Origin: a virus
Lineage: Duplodnaviria; Caudoviricetes
Reading direction: 5' to 3' (one strand)
Length of the DNA: 48,335 bases
IMG/VR virus record: IMGVR_UViG_3300017914_002150
Location: 1 to 48,335 of that record
Part shown: in pieces, positions 10,366 to 18,818 of the stretch
Numbering within the stretch: position 1 is the first letter of the stretch
How the letters are laid out: each line of letters starts with the position of its first letter
Made by a program: the position numbers and the translations under genes
Notes under the pieces: model-generated
Told to the model about the DNA's origin: nothing
Database searches by the model: none
What the model saw: the letters and a program-made list of their open reading frames with translations, nothing else

Positions 10366-11367
10366 TTATAGAGTACGGTATCTTGACCGTATATCATCTA
10401 TGATCCAAGTGGATATGTAGTAGTTTTGATTGTCTTGTAACTTATCTAATTGCCATTCAGGCTCCCCACATTTATCGTGCATCCATAAAAAACTAGACTT
10501 GGGATACACGGCTTTCATTTTCTCAAAGGTATCTAGTGCTTCCTTTTTATTTGTTTTATACTTTGTCCATTCAGGATGATCTTTTTGTATAGCCCATACA
10601 TCACATATAGGACCGCCATGCCAACATCTGTCCCAATAAGAAGCTACTCCAACATGACTTTCATACAGATACAATAAATTTAACCTCATCGTAAATGTTT
10701 TGTCAAACATATGTAGATGTTTTTTTATAACCTCTAAAGTTAGCCTTTGGAAGGAAAACTCGTCACCAATGTACACTGCTTCTGTTCTAGAGGTAAACCT
10801 TTCATCGTGTAGCATCTCGTTTATCATGTAATGATTAGGCTCGAAGTTTATCCAGCAATCATTTCTTGGGAATATTGGTATGTGGTCATACCCATCTACC
10901 TCTCTATACCTGCCTGGTATACAGTCATCTGGTGTAAGTTTGTTGTAGTGACACGTGTGTGGGTCATAGGATGCACAAAATGCATTACTAAATCCCTGTG
11001 GATCTGGAATCGGTGCATGGCAGATATCATCTGTGTCTATATAACTGCCACCATATTTATGTAAAAGAAGTAGTCTAAACAAGTCAGATCTCTCTCTTGC
11101 GTGTGATATTCTGTAAGTTTCTTTTATCTGCTCTATGTTAGGTAGGTCAGATATAGAATCATATATACTATCGTCCCACTTTAGCACCTTAATATTATAC
11201 TTTTCGTCAAACATATCTTGTTGCAAAGAATTTGTTATAAGATATATAGGTCTGTTGCGGTTATAATATCGGCAAGAATATAATGAATCGTCTAGTATTT
11301 TTTTTCTTTCGTCTGATATTGGACCATCCCAATAGTATAGTATATTTAGATTTGATTTAGTTATCAT
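10366..11367 (-). CDS. GT32-like (Gly_transf_sug, DxD) glycosyltransferase (333 aa)
   Basis: 'YYWDG...RSDLFRLLLLHKYGGSYIDTDDIC' matches the SDxxRxxxLxxxGGxYxDxD signature. Confidence 0.85.
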   Translation of the reverse strand: MITKSNLNILYYWDGPISDERKKILDDSLYSCRYYNRNRPIYLITNSLQQDMFDEKYNIKVLKWDDSIYDSISDLPNIEQIKETYRISHARERSDLFRLLLLHKYGGSYIDTDDICHAPIPDPQGFSNAFCASYDPHTCHYNKLTPDDCIPGRYREVDGYDHIPIFPRNDCWINFEPNHYMINEMLHDERFTSRTEAVYIGDEFSFQRLTLEVIKKHLHMFDKTFTMRLNLLYLYESHVGVASYWDRCWHGGPICDVWAIQKDHPEWTKYKTNKKEALDTFEKMKAVYPKSSFLWMHDKCGEPEWQLDKLQDNQNYYISTWIIDDIRSRYRTL

Positions 11368-11998
11368 ACTTTGTTTTAAATGTATTTTGATCTTGTTGTT
11401 GTATAATTTTAAATTCGTTTTTATTACTAGTTACAGAAACCTTATCTGTATACAGGTATAAATTACGAACATTCCAACCGTTACCTTTTACGTTTTTTAG
11501 TAAGTAGTCATCACCACATGCAATTTTTAAGTCGCTAGGTATTTCTTTCCATTCGCTTTTCTTAATAAAGTATAAACACCCCCACCCCCAGTCACGACCT
11601 TTTCCTGAATCTGGATTTTTGTCAATTATATAGGCACCGTCTCCATAGACTTCAGGGTAATAGTTACTAGTATGCATACCTATAACACCTAACGACAGAT
11701 GCTTTTCTATAAATGGTAATAAATCCATTTGATCAAAAAGTATATCATCATTTGCTATACATATATTTTCGTACTTAGCTTTAGAAACTCCCAAGTTCCA
11801 TGCTGCATTAACATATATATTTTGTGATTGTGCTAGTATGTTTATTTTAGGAGATGATACTTTAAGATTATTACTGGATGGATTATTGTCAATTATTATT
11901 ATTTCCCCCACGCTGTCATCATCTATCATACAGCTTAGCATGTAGTTTATTCTAGGTGATGCCCACATAGTAGGCACTATTACACTAAACGGCTGCAT
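11357..11998 (-). CDS. GT2-family glycosyltransferase (213 aa)
   Basis: 'FSVIVPT...EIIIIDNN...NIYVNAAWNLGVSKAKYENICIANDDI' GT-A fold signature. Confidence 0.85.
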   Translation of the reverse strand: MQPFSVIVPTMWASPRINYMLSCMIDDDSVGEIIIIDNNPSSNNLKVSSPKINILAQSQNIYVNAAWNLGVSKAKYENICIANDDILFDQMDLLPFIEKHLSLGVIGMHTSNYYPEVYGDGAYIIDKNPDSGKGRDWGWGCLYFIKKSEWKEIPSDLKIACGDDYLLKNVKGNGWNVRNLYLYTDKVSVTSNKNEFKIIQQQDQNTFKTKYDN

Positions 11999-12683
11999 CT
12001 TTATCTTTTTCTTTTATCTGCTCGTAGTAATTTGACATAAAATTAGGCCTTAAAAAATAAAAACCTGACTCATTCATGTCCTTGTCAACACGTTCAAACA
12101 TCTCCTTTTGATCAACATCACCCATTCCTGATATGTGATATGTGCTCATACCCCACCTGTATATCATAGACATTTCTGGATACTCATGTATTTTTCCGTT
12201 GTGAAAAAAAGTAAGCCAGTTGTCTTCTCCAAAAGACTGGTCGATCCAATTTATCCTGTCTATATAATCTTTAGAATATATGTTGCCATTGTTAATCGAA
12301 CTACCTCTATCTTGATATTCGTTATTGCTAAAAAAGTAATGTCCTTGAGATCTATACACATCAAACCCTGGGTTTTCAGTTATAGCTTTCTTGGCATCAC
12401 GTAGGCTAAATTCAGTAAGTAAGTCATCATCATCAAGCCTAAACATGTATGGGTACTTTGCAAGACTAAATGCGTACTTTAGTTTTGCTAATATAGACGG
12501 ATACCTATGATTAGAATTAACCAATTTAATTCTAGGTCCATGGTCACCTATTTGATATTTAACATCCTTAGCATCATTGACTATAATCATTTCACTGTCA
12601 TAGTCATTTTGTCTTAAAAAAGACTCTATTGCTTCTTCTAGTATGTGATGTCTTTTATATGTGAGTGTTACTACTGATATCAT
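11985..12683 (-). CDS. GT2-family glycosyltransferase (232 aa)
   Basis: 'ISVVTLTYKR...EAIESFLRQ...IIVND...FRLDDDDLL...GED' GT2 motifs; ATGA overlap with the upstream gene. Confidence 0.88.
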   Translation of the reverse strand: MISVVTLTYKRHHILEEAIESFLRQNDYDSEMIIVNDAKDVKYQIGDHGPRIKLVNSNHRYPSILAKLKYAFSLAKYPYMFRLDDDDLLTEFSLRDAKKAITENPGFDVYRSQGHYFFSNNEYQDRGSSINNGNIYSKDYIDRINWIDQSFGEDNWLTFFHNGKIHEYPEMSMIYRWGMSTYHISGMGDVDQKEMFERVDKDMNESGFYFLRPNFMSNYYEQIKEKDKDAAV

Positions 12684-13663
12684 GTTCTTACGTCAACGTA
12701 TTGATTAGTGTCTGGATTTAATATTTGTACTATATGTTGTTCTTTCACTTGGTTGTTTTCATTAAGAGCTTCTTTGACATACTCATAGTATTTGTGTCCG
12801 CATGTGTTTTTCTCGTACTCTTTGTCTAGAGGAGGAAACTCATTCATGTACATAGCCTTAAAAAACTGCTGGTCATTTCCAGCAACTACACCAGCGTTAT
12901 GGAATATTGCGTTCTTATCCCACTGATCTATTCCAGAAGTTGACCAGGTAAAATCTAATTCAGGTATAACCATAGTCTGCTTGCCACGTTTCCATAAGTT
13001 CCAAAGCACAGCCCACATGTCTGCACACCAAATTTGTATTTCATGGTGATTAGGATCAACCTTTTTTTTCTGCTGATTTAACTCTGTAACTTCTTTATAT
13101 AGCCTACTACAGTCACGCTCTACATCTCTCCAGTAATATTTATCTATATTCTTAATCATGTATTGAGCTCCACCAGAATGATGTTGATTCTTCTTAACTG
13201 TTTCTTCGTCTATTGCCATGATAGTCAACATCTTGCGAAGCACATCTTCTCCTTTAGAGATTATGTAGTCGTAACCTATGTAAGAAACGGTATCTGATAA
13301 ATAACATACATCATCTCTAGTAAGTTTTTCTACTGGCAGAGGCTTAGTAAGTATAATGTCACAATCGTGATAAAACAACTGTTCGTTATATAAATAACTG
13401 TGCTTATCAAAATGTTTCTGTAGTATGTGTGGCCTTATACTTGATATGTAATTTCTTTCTTCACGTGTGTCTTCATAAAAGTCAAAGACAACCTCTGGAT
13501 ATTTAAGAGTCATCAAGTCGTAGTGTGGATCTACAGTACCATGTATGGCGCAAACCACATGTACTGATTTCATCTCTACGTTTCTTTTTTTAAAAGAATG
13601 TAGCATGGTGTCTATTTGCCATGCGTAATACTTAGTTGCTGGTTGAGCGCAGATGTATTTCAT
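12680..13663 (-). CDS. HPAT/SERGT1-like (GT95/GT96-like) peptide O-glycosyltransferase (327 aa)
   Basis: Motif order YYAWQ...HSF / NYISSIRP / YHDCDII (DxD) / SYIG / GGAQY / WCADMW parallels plant peptidyl-serine galactosyltransferase and hydroxyproline arabinosyltransferase as I recall them (YFDWQ..HSF / YPAINKP / DADMI / GG / WISEMY). Confidence 0.65.
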   Translation of the reverse strand: MKYICAQPATKYYAWQIDTMLHSFKKRNVEMKSVHVVCAIHGTVDPHYDLMTLKYPEVVFDFYEDTREERNYISSIRPHILQKHFDKHSYLYNEQLFYHDCDIILTKPLPVEKLTRDDVCYLSDTVSYIGYDYIISKGEDVLRKMLTIMAIDEETVKKNQHHSGGAQYMIKNIDKYYWRDVERDCSRLYKEVTELNQQKKKVDPNHHEIQIWCADMWAVLWNLWKRGKQTMVIPELDFTWSTSGIDQWDKNAIFHNAGVVAGNDQQFFKAMYMNEFPPLDKEYEKNTCGHKYYEYVKEALNENNQVKEQHIVQILNPDTNQYVDVRT

Positions 13664-13664
13664 A

Positions 13665-14618
13665 TTATGGGAAACTCTTAGAGATCTCAGAATTTACTGC
13701 GAAGATCTCTATAGGAGTTGTACTATCATTAATTAATTTAATTTCTGCATAGTACCCTTTCAAACCATAACTTTCTGCTAATGGATTTTTTGCTGAGAAC
13801 ATAAATTCTCCTGGTTGTGGAACAACAGATGATCCTCCTACAGTTAACGATTGACTTGTCCTTGTAGATACGTTGCCAATAAACTGATAAGAACCACCAA
13901 CTGCTCTAAACAAAGCGTCCCCTACTGATATGCCTTCGGGAACAAAATTAAACGTGTAAGTTAAATTATCGAGTAGTACTAAATTTCCAATACCTTGTAC
14001 TGATAACAACTCTGGTTTAGCTGCATCAGATTCATCACGTCTTATATAAGAATAATACATGCCTTCCTTTTCCTTGAAAGACTCTTTGCTAACATGACCT
14101 CTGTCTAGGTCTGTTAACACAGTAACGTCCCAGTTACTATTATCACCTTCTATCTCTATTGTTTTAAATATCTTAACTTCAGACGGAGAAGCGTTTGATA
14201 CAAATGTAACCTCAGTATTATAGTTATCACCATAAAAACTGTTTCTTGCATTTTCATCGTAATGATGCTCCCAGATTTGTCCATCTTTAAATGTATAGAA
14301 GTCGCTGTTCATGTTAACCATATACTCAGGAACGTATGAGTAAAATGTAGTCCAGCCCTTATTGTATTCAGAAAAAGCTAGTGTGTTTTCCTGACCATCT
14401 CCTTTAACAGGATTCACATACTGATCTAAAGTTGTGTCTGGTTCAATAGGAAGTGAATACACATCGTCTGGCACAGGGTTAACTGGACAGCTGGCCGTTA
14501 AGTACTTAGGCCTATAGTCAGCGTCACCTAAAACATTATTTTTTGTTTCGTTGGTGGGCTTGCCGTTTACATATTTTCTTAAGGTTTTTACCTCTGCGTA
14601 ACCTGACCTGTACTTCAT
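13665..14618 (-). CDS. C-terminal portion of the tail stabilisation/muzzle protein encoded as a separate gene (317 aa)
   Basis: 'TLAFSEYNKGWTTFYSY..YTFKDG..HH..RNSFYG..KIFKTIEIEG..KEKEGMYYSYIRR..GLKGYYAEIKL..EIFAVNSE' matches what I recall as the C-terminus of P22 gp10/crAss-like stabilisation proteins of Bacteroidota phages. Confidence 0.7.
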   Translation of the reverse strand: MKYRSGYAEVKTLRKYVNGKPTNETKNNVLGDADYRPKYLTASCPVNPVPDDVYSLPIEPDTTLDQYVNPVKGDGQENTLAFSEYNKGWTTFYSYVPEYMVNMNSDFYTFKDGQIWEHHYDENARNSFYGDNYNTEVTFVSNASPSEVKIFKTIEIEGDNSNWDVTVLTDLDRGHVSKESFKEKEGMYYSYIRRDESDAAKPELLSVQGIGNLVLLDNLTYTFNFVPEGISVGDALFRAVGGSYQFIGNVSTRTSQSLTVGGSSVVPQPGEFMFSAKNPLAESYGLKGYYAEIKLINDSTTPIEIFAVNSEISKSFP

Positions 14619-14622
14619 ACTA

Positions 14623-14634
14623 CAAAGATACTAA
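14623..14634 (-). promoter_or_regulatory. Bacteroidota-type -7 promoter TTAG-TATCTTTG driving the muzzle-C plus glycosyltransferase unit
   Basis: TAnnTTTG in a 17-nt intergenic gap, ending 4 nt before the ATG at 14618. Confidence 0.7.
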
Positions 14635-14635
14635 A

Positions 14636-17600
14636 TTAACATTGATCATAATCAGGAAGGTTTTTACTGTGACCAACTTCTATGACTATACCATTCTTAA
14701 CAACCATATAATCTGTCTCCTCTATGTTTTCCCAAATACCATCACGGCCATTTGCAGTGTTATAGTGTCCAAAGTAATCATTTATAATATCTTCTACTTT
14801 GTAGTAGCCATCTAAGAAGGGCGTTCCGTATGGATCTGAATATAGTTTCATTCCAACTACATTTATATAAACCCTGTCTTGTGGTGGAAAGAAAATCATA
14901 TTATTTCCATAAGCCACTGGAGCAGATAATGTTTGTATGTTTCTAAAAAAATAACCAGATGGAATTGGTCTTGCAAAATCACTTAAATATGATGTTGCTA
15001 TATTTGGTCTCGTTATATTTTGTCTGTTGGGAACATCATCTCTGTTTAGAAAGAAACTTAAACTCCCAACATTGTTTGCTAATATACCGTGATTTTCTAC
15101 ATGATTATGAATAGTAGGATTTCCTGGAGTTCCAAAAACAAACGCAAACCCATGTCCGCCATAATTATGTGTATAAGTCATCGATGGATATAAAACGCTG
15201 GTACCTGCCGTTACAACAGTGTCTATAGGTATCTCTTCTTCTAGTCCATAATTAATAACTTGATCGTCTTGACTTTTAATTACAATAGGCTCTGTTATTG
15301 ACATAGTGATGATGTTAAATATGCCATCCATTTTGTGCAATCTTTCGTTTCTGTCAATGTACATTACGCCAAATGGTTTGTCTGAGTATATGTGCTTCCA
15401 TCGCATATGACCTACAGTAAGATCATAAACTAAATCTTCGGCAGGTGGAAAAGCAGGATATGTTATTTCTTCTTCTAAGCTTCCATTAACTATAGTTGGC
15501 GCAGGTGGCTCAGGTATTATGTCTATTGCATATGGTCTAGTAATCATCAACCTTGGGATACCGTCACTGAATTCATAATCTTTAGTAATATTCATAGTGT
15601 GAGCACTCCAGTGACCATCTGACGCATAGTTTGGATTTGTTGCTGAGTTAGTATCTGTGACCGTATATTCTTTTATGATCTCCCAATCATCGACTATTCT
15701 GTCAAGTGTTGGCGGTGCTGTTGGTATAGACTCTGTTAAGTTAAATAGTCTTGGTTTTGCTCGAAAGTCCTCTTTTATTAGTGCATACCAGTTTCCGTTA
15801 GGTGCTGGTAAGACTTTCATTATCTGATTATCAGGATTGTTATCACCATTAGGATCATTAGCGACATAAGCAAGGGGTTTGTACGTAATAAAATCACTTG
15901 TTATCAAAAAAGAGTTTGGATAAGCATTGTTACCAACATGGAATATAAATTCTCCAGTATGTTTATTAACGTTTAGACCATAATTCCAATATTGTAAATC
16001 AGTTGCGCTATAAGAGACACCGTCAGTAGTTGTTATAGAGTTGATATTTGTCCATGTTTGACCTCTGTCAGTTGTTGTATAGTAATTAAAATTACCGTGT
16101 TGTATTACCCCCTTTTGACCATGCGCTGCGAATTGTCTTACAGGATTACTTGCATATACTAAAGAGGTTGATGGAACCTCATAGGTTGACCAGTTACTAG
16201 CATCTGATAGAACCGTTTGATTAGCTGGTAGTATCCATGATTTTTTACCTCCACTATAATTCCAACTTTCCATGATCCACAAGTAACCATCTGTGTATTC
16301 AATTTTTGGTGAAGCACTATAAGACTCAAAATAACTATGATTAGTGTATGTATTAAATGTAGAACCAGAATCTAAACTAAAAACAAATTTAGGATATTTT
16401 GAAATAAATACTCCTATAAAGGGATCTGTGCCATCAGATTCGCAGTGAATTGATTTTATATACGATGTGTTATTGGGATGAGTGTAAATAGATGTAAAAT
16501 TAGTTCCATTGTCTGTGCTTTGAAATAAAACCCAATCTTCGTCAACATCTGAGACTACTCCGTTTACATCACCTGTTGCAAGTATATTGTTTCCGTATGC
16601 AGTATGATTCTCTAAACTTAAACCAGCTGGTGTTTGATCAGCACTATTCCCTGTAGCTGTCGTTGTTGCATTTACTATATCCCAAGAATACCAGTAAAAT
16701 GTGCCATAAGTTGAATCTAAATCAAGGTCATAACCAGAATTATGATGCAGTATGTTGTCTCCGTATATAACAGCATCAAATCTCCAGTTTCCACTATATG
16801 GTCCTATTTGAGTGCTCATTAATCCTGACGGCACACCAAAAGTTTGATAATCGTCCCAGCTTTCTGGTATGTCTCCAGTAATCCAACTTTCTTCGTTTTT
16901 CTCTGGCACTTCCATCACACCATATAATAATCCAACGTTCGCTATAGAGTTTTTTCTATAGTTAGTATTATGTGTCGATGAGTAAACTCGTGTGTGACTT
17001 GTTAATATTAAATTTTTACCTTGCCAAAACACAGGCGTTGGACTATATTCTGGATACGTATAGGTGTTTCCGTTTGTGTGTGTTTGTGTAATAGTTGGTA
17101 GATTCTCCTGCTCTGTCCAATTTAAACCAAAGTTCCAAGAAACGAGGTAATGGTTTCTAGTTGTGAATATACATAAACCATTGTCATTTATAGAAAGAGG
17201 CAAGTGAGGCTCAGGCATACCACGATCTACTATAATTACATCTTCATAATCAAAGTCTATACCGTTGTATGTAGAACTTACGCCTCCAGTTTGTGCATCA
17301 GCAGCAATAACAGGCTTCATATTTACTCCGTTAGCAGAACTTTCTTGACTTGGAAATCCTCTATATAAAATAAATTGTGGGTTTGTGTGAGTGGTATATG
17401 TAATCTTTTTATGGACTTGATAGAAAAAAACAAAAATATAATCTTTGTCTAGATCAACAAACAATCTTCCTCTTTGTCCATTCCACAAGTAATAAGGGTC
17501 AGCTGTAATATCTTGAAAATCTGGACTTAGATCACCAGAATCATCAATAACTTTATCAAAAGATGCAGCATCATCAACAGATTTTAAAATGTGATATGAC

Positions 17601-18817
17601 CCATTTATTGCAGCTCCATAGCCTGTAAAATGAGCCAGTGCATACCAAACATGATTGTTCTCTGTTTCACTAAATCCAGCATAAACTATGTCTGACCACA
17701 ACCAATAAGGTCTTGCATTTTCAACACTATATCTGGTATCGTCTATTCTTGTCCATGTTTCTCCATTGTCATGTGATACGTCTTGCCAAGTTCCATACGC
17801 TATAGTACCATATGCTTTTACAGAAATCAAGGTGTTGCCCCTTCTATATAATCTACCGTAAGGTTCTATCAATTCAATGTGTGTGTCATCAGAGTCTGCT
17901 CTTCCTCTACCTTGTCTTACTTGAGAAAACGAATATCCATTGGTGTTTGAAACTAGTTGTATTCCGCCAGTTGCATTTATTAGTTCTCTTCTCTGTTCAT
18001 TAGTAGCCCAAAGCTCACAGTCATCCCTTCTAGTTACAAGTGTTTTAGTAAAGCCCCTGCCTTTAGGATTGTATGTAAAATTAAATGCACATGATTCATT
18101 ATATCGAACCCAATTTAATGTGTTTCTGTGACCGTTACTAAACAACATAGTTGCTTTATCAAAATCACCTGTTATTTGTAATACAATTGTTCCCCAATAT
18201 AAAGTAACGTTTCCTTCATATACAGATGTTCTAATAAAAACTGTTTTACTGTATGTCGCACTAATATTTATATTTCCAACCTCTGAATATAGTGTAAGTG
18301 CATCAGCTTCTGAATCTACATACCACGCATATGTGCCCATAGCCATCCCAGCAAAAACGTATACACCTGTTTTGTTTTGACCCCAATAAGTAGCTGATGT
18401 CTGCCCAGTTACTGGTGTATGTCCATTAATTATAGGAGCACCTCCCAGTCCATCAAATCTTAAATAATATGTATAACCACCATTCAAACAATAGCTCAAC
18501 ATCTTCTTTACAAAAAAATCTATTTTTATTTTGTTAGTGTTGTCATCTTGAGGATTTAGATCAGGTATGTCATAGTTAAGAGTTATGTTCACGGTTTGTG
18601 TTCCATGTACACCTAACCCATCTCCCCACCTTTCACCGTAATCTGTACCAAAACTAAATGTCATGACCCCTCCAGTTGTGTCCCACTCTTGACCATTTAT
18701 ACTATATATATAAGGGTCTCCTGTAAACATATAACCTTCTAATGCCTTAAAGGAAAAGTTGAATTGACCTGACTGATCTTCTCGTAAACAAATTTCGTGT
18801 ATAGTTGATTCTGCCAT
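14636..18817 (-). CDS. Large tail-associated beta-propeller protein with BNR/Asp-box repeats (1393 aa)
   Basis: SxDxGxTW-like repeats SHDNGETW, SVDDAASF, SWNFGLNW, STDNGTNF, SLDSGSTF and TTDRGQTW; aromatic-rich beta composition; located within the tail module. Confidence 0.6.
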   Translation of the reverse strand: MAESTIHEICLREDQSGQFNFSFKALEGYMFTGDPYIYSINGQEWDTTGGVMTFSFGTDYGERWGDGLGVHGTQTVNITLNYDIPDLNPQDDNTNKIKIDFFVKKMLSYCLNGGYTYYLRFDGLGGAPIINGHTPVTGQTSATYWGQNKTGVYVFAGMAMGTYAWYVDSEADALTLYSEVGNINISATYSKTVFIRTSVYEGNVTLYWGTIVLQITGDFDKATMLFSNGHRNTLNWVRYNESCAFNFTYNPKGRGFTKTLVTRRDDCELWATNEQRRELINATGGIQLVSNTNGYSFSQVRQGRGRADSDDTHIELIEPYGRLYRRGNTLISVKAYGTIAYGTWQDVSHDNGETWTRIDDTRYSVENARPYWLWSDIVYAGFSETENNHVWYALAHFTGYGAAINGSYHILKSVDDAASFDKVIDDSGDLSPDFQDITADPYYLWNGQRGRLFVDLDKDYIFVFFYQVHKKITYTTHTNPQFILYRGFPSQESSANGVNMKPVIAADAQTGGVSSTYNGIDFDYEDVIIVDRGMPEPHLPLSINDNGLCIFTTRNHYLVSWNFGLNWTEQENLPTITQTHTNGNTYTYPEYSPTPVFWQGKNLILTSHTRVYSSTHNTNYRKNSIANVGLLYGVMEVPEKNEESWITGDIPESWDDYQTFGVPSGLMSTQIGPYSGNWRFDAVIYGDNILHHNSGYDLDLDSTYGTFYWYSWDIVNATTTATGNSADQTPAGLSLENHTAYGNNILATGDVNGVVSDVDEDWVLFQSTDNGTNFTSIYTHPNNTSYIKSIHCESDGTDPFIGVFISKYPKFVFSLDSGSTFNTYTNHSYFESYSASPKIEYTDGYLWIMESWNYSGGKKSWILPANQTVLSDASNWSTYEVPSTSLVYASNPVRQFAAHGQKGVIQHGNFNYYTTTDRGQTWTNINSITTTDGVSYSATDLQYWNYGLNVNKHTGEFIFHVGNNAYPNSFLITSDFITYKPLAYVANDPNGDNNPDNQIMKVLPAPNGNWYALIKEDFRAKPRLFNLTESIPTAPPTLDRIVDDWEIIKEYTVTDTNSATNPNYASDGHWSAHTMNITKDYEFSDGIPRLMITRPYAIDIIPEPPAPTIVNGSLEEEITYPAFPPAEDLVYDLTVGHMRWKHIYSDKPFGVMYIDRNERLHKMDGIFNIITMSITEPIVIKSQDDQVINYGLEEEIPIDTVVTAGTSVLYPSMTYTHNYGGHGFAFVFGTPGNPTIHNHVENHGILANNVGSLSFFLNRDDVPNRQNITRPNIATSYLSDFARPIPSGYFFRNIQTLSAPVAYGNNMIFFPPQDRVYINVVGMKLYSDPYGTPFLDGYYKVEDIINDYFGHYNTANGRDGIWENIEETDYMVVKNGIVIEVGHSKNLPDYDQC

Positions 18818-18818
18818 T

